A stretch of 64,000 nucleotides of DNA from Eledone cirrhosa (Eukaryota), in assembly GCA_964016885.1 (NCBI GenBank), contig OZ024743.1, positions 199,454,001 through 199,518,000 on the forward strand. Reading direction: 5' to 3'. A program made the translations under genes and the position numbers. A model generated the notes under the pieces. The model was not told the DNA's origin. It worked only from the letters and a program-made list of their open reading frames with translations, and ran no database searches. Positions within the stretch are counted from its first letter, which is position 1; each line of letters starts with the position of its first letter. Shown here one piece after another: positions 58,300-64,000 of the stretch.

Positions 58300-58610
58300 G
58301 TTACGAATGACCATGTTATTTGCACCTAGAAAGTTTCTCTCCGGGCACAAGTCCACGCAATGTTGTTTGAGGAAGACCAGCAGTCGCCCATGCATACCAG
58401 CCTTCCCTCTCCATGCCATCGATGATGTCCTAGGGAAAGGCAGCTTAGCACCAGTGACATCGCAACTCATTTGTACAACTGAGTAAACTGGAGCAACGTG
58501 AAATAAAGTGTCTTGCTCAAGGACACAACGCATCACCCGGTCTGAGAATCGAACTCTCAGCCTCTCGATTGCAAGCCCAATGCTCTAACCACTAAACCAT
58601 GCACCTTCAC
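58300..58610 (-). mobile_element. CORE-SINE, same type as 38565-38880
   Basis: tRNA-like head, CORE and shared body. Confidence 0.8.
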
Positions 58611-59032
58611 ATTCAGTTATTATTAGACTGTTATATTTAGTCAAAGTTACTGCGAAATCTAATTCAATCTTCAATATTATACCGGTTTCATTTTGGAGGT
58701 GAATATCATGAGTTTCACTTACGACGCGAAATTCGTTTTTGATATTTTGTATGAATATGGCCTTCAAAATGATCAGAAATTGGTAAAAAAAAAATATTTA
58801 TTACATAATGTTGTTCTGAAACAAAAGATATACTTTAAACGACACTTAAATCACTTTAAGTATCAACATATTAAAACTTCATAAATATTTTCTCCACTCA
58901 TGAGAAATTCAAAACCGTCATTTAAACACAATGTGTTGATTACCTGCCTCGATTTATAAACAGAGTTTGGATTTGGGCTTGTTTATCTGGCATAAAATAG
59001 AGGTCGACTGATATTCAAGTATATTCTGTATG

Positions 59033-59095
59033 CAGTGGCGGACTGGGTCTAAAATATTGGTTGCCAGAAGATGAAGGGGGCCCACCTACATACAG
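59033..59095 (+). mobile_element. hAT-like terminal sequence; second copy at 61031-61082 runs into the gap
   Basis: cagtggcggact.ggt..aaaatat.ggttgccaga...gaagggggcccacc in both places; no right end found. Confidence 0.45.
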
Positions 59096-59366
59096 AATAT
59101 TATCATTTAATTTTTATAATGAATAAATAAACTTTTCAAAAATACATAAGCGGAAACAAAACATTGTAACCAAATTTCTGCAGGGAAATAACTTACCTTC
59201 GCCAATAAAAAATATTATGTATTTTGCGAAATCCAGAGTCTTTCAATAATGACCAGAACTCGACCTTAAGTATTAATGATAGCTCTAGGAAAGCCATGAA
59301 CGACACAACATCTTTTTAACTTAGATTTTGAAAGTAGGTTTATAATTATCAATGTTTATTGTACTT

Positions 59367-59580
59367 TCGTAGCTGTCTCGGTGGGCTAGTTGGTGGAATC
59401 ATAGACGTTGATGATCCTGGTGTGAAGTTCGATCCTAGTCGGGAGTAGGGTTCCCGCTAAACCTTTCAGTTTTATTTCTATTGGTTGTAAAATAAAAACT
59501 GAACTCAACCAGGATTGAACCCAAAGCCAAGACCTCCACCGTCTCTAGTAACTACCGCTACACCACAGAGACAACTACGA
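59367..59580. repeat. Fold-back element made of two convergent tRNA-like heads
   Basis: tcgtagctgtctc...ctagttgg...gttcgatcct on + and tcgtagttgtctc...gtagcgg...ggttcaatcct on -. Confidence 0.55.
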
Positions 59581-59930
59581 GAAATCTCATGAAAATTCAT
59601 ACTTTCAAATTATCAAACAAAATGATGTGGTGTCATTCATGTCTTTCTTAATGTTATTGTTCCTATTTAAGGTCGACTTCTAAATCATTTGGGTGTTCTA
59701 TAAACTACATCCTCGTTTTGTTTCACATCTATCTAGACTACATTTTAACTGCAATCCATGTTTCATTTCTGTTCCACCTCACCCCCTCACCCTCTCTCTC
59801 TCTTTCTCTCTGTTATATTTGAATCTACTATGATTTGGGCTTACCTTATTCTTATATATATGTTTTTGCATGTCAGTTATATTCAAACTTAAAATGATTG
59901 GCATTATATATATATATATATGTGTGTGGG

Positions 59931-60507
59931 TGTATCCCATTTGCAACAACCCAGCACGCCATTTTTCATTTATATTTTTCCCTCGCTGTGACCCGTCTGT
60001 TTCTTTCTTACTGCTATCCTCTTTCTCTGTATCTCTCACCTTCATTTCACCCCCTCTGCCAGTCACTCTCTCTCAGCTGGCCTCTTCCTCACATTTTCAC
60101 TCACTCAATCTCTGCTACTCCCCCTCTCTCACTTCCTCCCGTCTGACCTATGTGAATTCCTTTTCTCGCTTACATCTCACATGGCTCGGACGCGCCTATG
60201 TCTTTCGTCCGTGATTTGATCGAACTTAAGTTCACAGATATCACGGATTTGTTTCTCCTCTTCCTCTCTTTCCGTTGCATTACAATCTCTGTTTGTTTAC
60301 ATGTCTCGCTCGCTTCACCCTATTCTACGTGTCCCAATAACTTTTTTTTAGTTATTGCTCGCACCAGCCAGGGGTATTTGATCTTTAATGCGAAGAAATA
60401 CCAACGACGGCTGGAAGATCACTGATGACGGACGCCTTATCTTCTGTTCGAATTTTATTCATATGTATCCCATTTGCAACAACGCAGCACGCCATTTTTC
60501 ATATATA
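59931..60507 (+). mobile_element. ~533-bp unit with 44-bp terminal direct repeat
   Basis: tgtatcccatttgcaacaac.cagcacgccatttttcat at 59931 and 60464; CTGATGA cggac...gttcg just before the second copy. Confidence 0.55.
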
Positions 60508-60774
60508 TGTATATATATTATATTATATTATATATAGAGTTATAAACTCAAATAGTCTTTTACAATTAAATAGCCCATAGAAAGGAATATTTCTGAGCCG
60601 TGTAATACAAATGAATATATGATAGGGATAAACACTGATACAAGTATACATGTGTTCGCATTGCATATGACCAAGTTAGCTAGATTGAAAAATACTAATT
60701 AAAATAATACGGTTTGCCTGTCTCGATTTAAAATAATAAATCAATAAAAACAAACCTATATTGGCAAAAGCCGT

Positions 60775-60864
60775 GATACCTGGACAAATTTAAATTTTAA
60801 ATTTCAAATTTGTTTCGCAACAATTAAGTGAAAGTTCCTATTTCTGTGCTCTTCTGCAGGTATC
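60775..60864 (-). ncRNA. Hammerhead homologue of 34199-34276 with core mutation (CAGAAGA)
   Basis: gatacctg CAGAAGA gca...tgc GAAA caaattt...aaattt GTC caggtatc. Confidence 0.6.
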
Positions 60865-61082
60865 CAGAAATTTGTAATTTTCACTTCAAAATACTTAAGA
60901 AGACTGAGAGAAATGTGTCTTTTAACGCACATGTGTCACAGTGTCTAGTACGTCCTATACTCGTGCCGCTAAAAATAGCAGCCGGTTTTATGGGACTAAA
61001 AATAGCTCTACGTATGGAGCCTATAATATACAGTGGCGGACTAGGTAAAAAAATATCGGTTGCCAGATGAAGGGGGCCCACC

Positions 61083-61282
61083 NNNNNNNNNNNNNNNNNN
61101 NNNNNNNNNNNNNNNNNNNNNNNNNNNNNNNNNNNNNNNNNNNNNNNNNNNNNNNNNNNNNNNNNNNNNNNNNNNNNNNNNNNNNNNNNNNNNNNNNNNN
61201 NNNNNNNNNNNNNNNNNNNNNNNNNNNNNNNNNNNNNNNNNNNNNNNNNNNNNNNNNNNNNNNNNNNNNNNNNNNNNNNNNN
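61083..61282. other. Assembly gap (200 N)
   Basis: Directly visible. Confidence 1.
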
Positions 61283-61312
61283 TCGATGTATCATTTTTTC
61301 TTTTATAAAATA

Positions 61313-61596
61313 CTAGCTGAATTACCCGGCGTTGCCCGGGTTATCTGCTGTTCTTATTCAGATTAGTAAACAATAAATATGAAGATTTTTTTTTTTTTCA
61401 TAATTATTTCAAAATATCTATATTTTATAAAAAGAAAATATCAAAATTGTAATAAATCTTATATTGTTTTAATCCAAATGACTGCCGGGGTCTAATACTA
61501 TTACCTTTCTAAAATTTGAATTGATTTGGTCCAGCCGTTAGAGAATGCATGGGGGACAGACAGACAGAGAGACAAAGAATTTTATATAGAAAGAGA
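61313..61596 (-). mobile_element. Non-autonomous Helitron
   Basis: Minus strand starts TC, has a (CTGT)n tract, ends with hairpin cccgggcaacgccggg followed by CTAG; inserted between A and T. Confidence 0.8.
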
Positions 61597-62650
61597 TTAA
61601 GGTGAGGTTTAGAGGAGATTTTGGCTGCTATTTCTAACGTCTAGTGAAAACCGCATATAAAAAAAAATCCTGTCTTGTTGATAAATCAGATTATGTACTT
61701 AGTTTCCTTCATACGCCTTCTTTACCTCAGTTTTCTACCGACATCTCTTTGATGTATTTTACCTGTATGTATGTATGTGCTTATGAAATTCAATATATAT
61801 ATATTATATATTACTATATATATATATAATATATATATATTATATATATATATATATGTATATATATATTGTATAATATGTGTGTGTGTGTGTAAATATA
61901 TCTACATTCATATATATTTGTGTTTATGCACTCGTCCGTGGCTACTTACCTGTGTTATGTATTCAAATCATTCAAGCAGGTGAGAGACATTATAAAGTAC
62001 AGATATATGTGTGTATTTCCACTACACACGTGTGCAGTGCCATTTTGCATGCAGAATACTTCCTCCGACAAAGAAAGCATAGAAAAAAAGCCGTGAGAAG
62101 ATAGCAATAAAAGAAAAATAGATACATTGTTATAATAATGACATATATATGTGTGTGTGTGTGTTATATATATATATATAATATTATATATATATATATA
62201 TGTGTGTATACATACACGTGTGTGTGTGTATGAATTGTATGTATATATATTATATTACTAATATAATATGTTGATATGTATAGAGCTATATTTCATGTGA
62301 GATTTGGAGATGTTGATGTTTGATGTTTTGTTGTTGTTTTTGTTTTTTTTTCGGCACGCGGTGGGGGTCATATTTTTATTTATTCATTTATATATTTTTG
62401 TTATCAAACAGATAGACGTTTGTATAACATTTGAACTATAATTTCCACTGTTATAGAATCTATAACAACGGGCCATCTAAATATTCCCGCCGATTAAAAC
62501 TCCGCATAAAGTATATACAGGTTTAAGGGTCCGACTGGCGATGTGTTGTCTTCTGGTACGAACACACACACGACACCCAGACGTCTGTATACTTTGTTAG
62601 AAAACTATCACTATATATCGGACATTTCTTCGCGGCTATGGGGCGTATGT

Positions 62651-62837
62651 AATAATTGTTTTCTACTTTTGGCACAAGGCCAGCAATCACCCCAGTACAT
62701 TACTGGTACTTTATTTTATCGACCCGGTAAGGATGAAAGGCAAAGTTAACCTCAGCGGGATTTGAACTCAGATCGTAAAGGCCCGTAACTCAATGCTGCA
62801 AACCATCGCGTCCGACCCTCTAACGATACTGCCAATT
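62651..62837 (-). mobile_element. SINE family A
   Basis: Matches family A consensus, CpGs retained. Confidence 0.85.
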
Positions 62838-62848
62838 CATGTAATAAT

Positions 62849-62897
<49 letters not shown>

Positions 62898-63044
62898 TTA
62901 TATATATATTATAGGCACTCGTTTTACGTGTGTTGTATTGAAGCTAATAACTATGTGTCTACTCTGGGAGTGTATCCTACATTACGCTATTGAGTACGCT
63001 GAGATACAACTGATCCTGGCTCCGTCAACTCCAATATTATTATT

Positions 63045-63235
63045 GGTGGATTGCCAGTATCGGTAGAGGGTCGGACGCCATGCTTACTAGCATAGTTACG
63101 TCCCTTTACGGTCTGAGTTCAAATCCCGCCCTAGGTTGACTTTGCCTTTCATCCATACGGGGTCGATAAAATAAAGTACCAGTGATGCACTGGGTATTTG
63201 CTGACCTTGTGCCTAAAGTGGAAACAATTATTATT
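63045..63235 (+). mobile_element. SINE family A, full length
   Basis: Matches family A consensus, CpGs retained. Confidence 0.85.
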
Positions 63236-63239
63236 ATTA

Positions 63240-63653
63240 TCATTATTATATATTTATATGATAGTATATATTATATTATATATTATATATATATATATAT
63301 ATATTGTGTGTAGGTGTGTGGATAGATAGAGATATTTATATAATGCAAAATATAACAGCTATTATAGTATTATGAATAAATGTTCTCATTCTCTCTATAT
63401 ACATTATATATATATCATATTATATATATATATATAATAATATATATATATAATGTGTGTATATATATATATATGTGTATATATATATATATTGTGTATA
63501 TATAATATATGTGTATAATATATAATATGTATATTTATATATATATTATGTATATATATATATATGTATATTATATGTATATATGTATATTAATTATATA
63601 CTATTATATATAATATATAGTATATATATATATGTATATATATATTATGTGAT

Positions 63654-63684
<31 letters not shown>

Positions 63685-63799
63685 CATATATATGTATGTA
63701 TTATTATATGTATGCATATTATATGTATTTGATGTATAATATAATATATATGATATTATATGTATTATATATATTATATGTATGTATATATATAATATT

Positions 63800-63832
<33 letters not shown>

Positions 63833-64000
63833 TATATGTATGTATATATATATGTATGTATATATATTGTATGTATAGTATATGTATGTATAGTTAATTA
63901 TGGTATGTATATTATATGTATGTATATATATATGTATGTATATATTATTATATATGTATATATATTATATATAGTATGTATAGTATATATTAATGTGTAT
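63240..64000. repeat. Degenerate (TA)n/(TATG)n low-complexity tract
   Basis: Directly visible. Confidence 0.9.

Noticed and set aside
60881-61366. ORFs crossing the N run
   Set aside because: Assembly-gap artefacts

Overview
AT-rich, repeat-dense eukaryotic DNA, most likely from an octopus. That assignment is inferred from the (TA)n/(TACA)n load, the tRNA-derived CORE- and Meta-type SINEs and the RTE tails ending in (GAT)n. No intact protein-coding gene can be supported, and nearly all ORF-track entries are microsatellite translations. The window is a patchwork of SINEs, 5'-truncated RTE and R4-like LINE pieces, hAT/Tc1/piggyBac-type MITEs, a non-autonomous Helitron and two decayed Penelope-like element (PLE) RT/GIY-YIG remnants. 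The most notable signal is a set of at least seven unrelated type-I hammerhead ribozyme (HHR) motif families, read by eye. They sit in short non-coding tandem or inverted units with PLE pseudo-LTR / retrozyme-like architecture. One is a near-identical 454-bp tandem carrying an octamer motif upstream of each HHR. Several long fold-back structures are potential dsRNA/ADAR substrates. All structure calls are manual and need computational and experimental confirmation.
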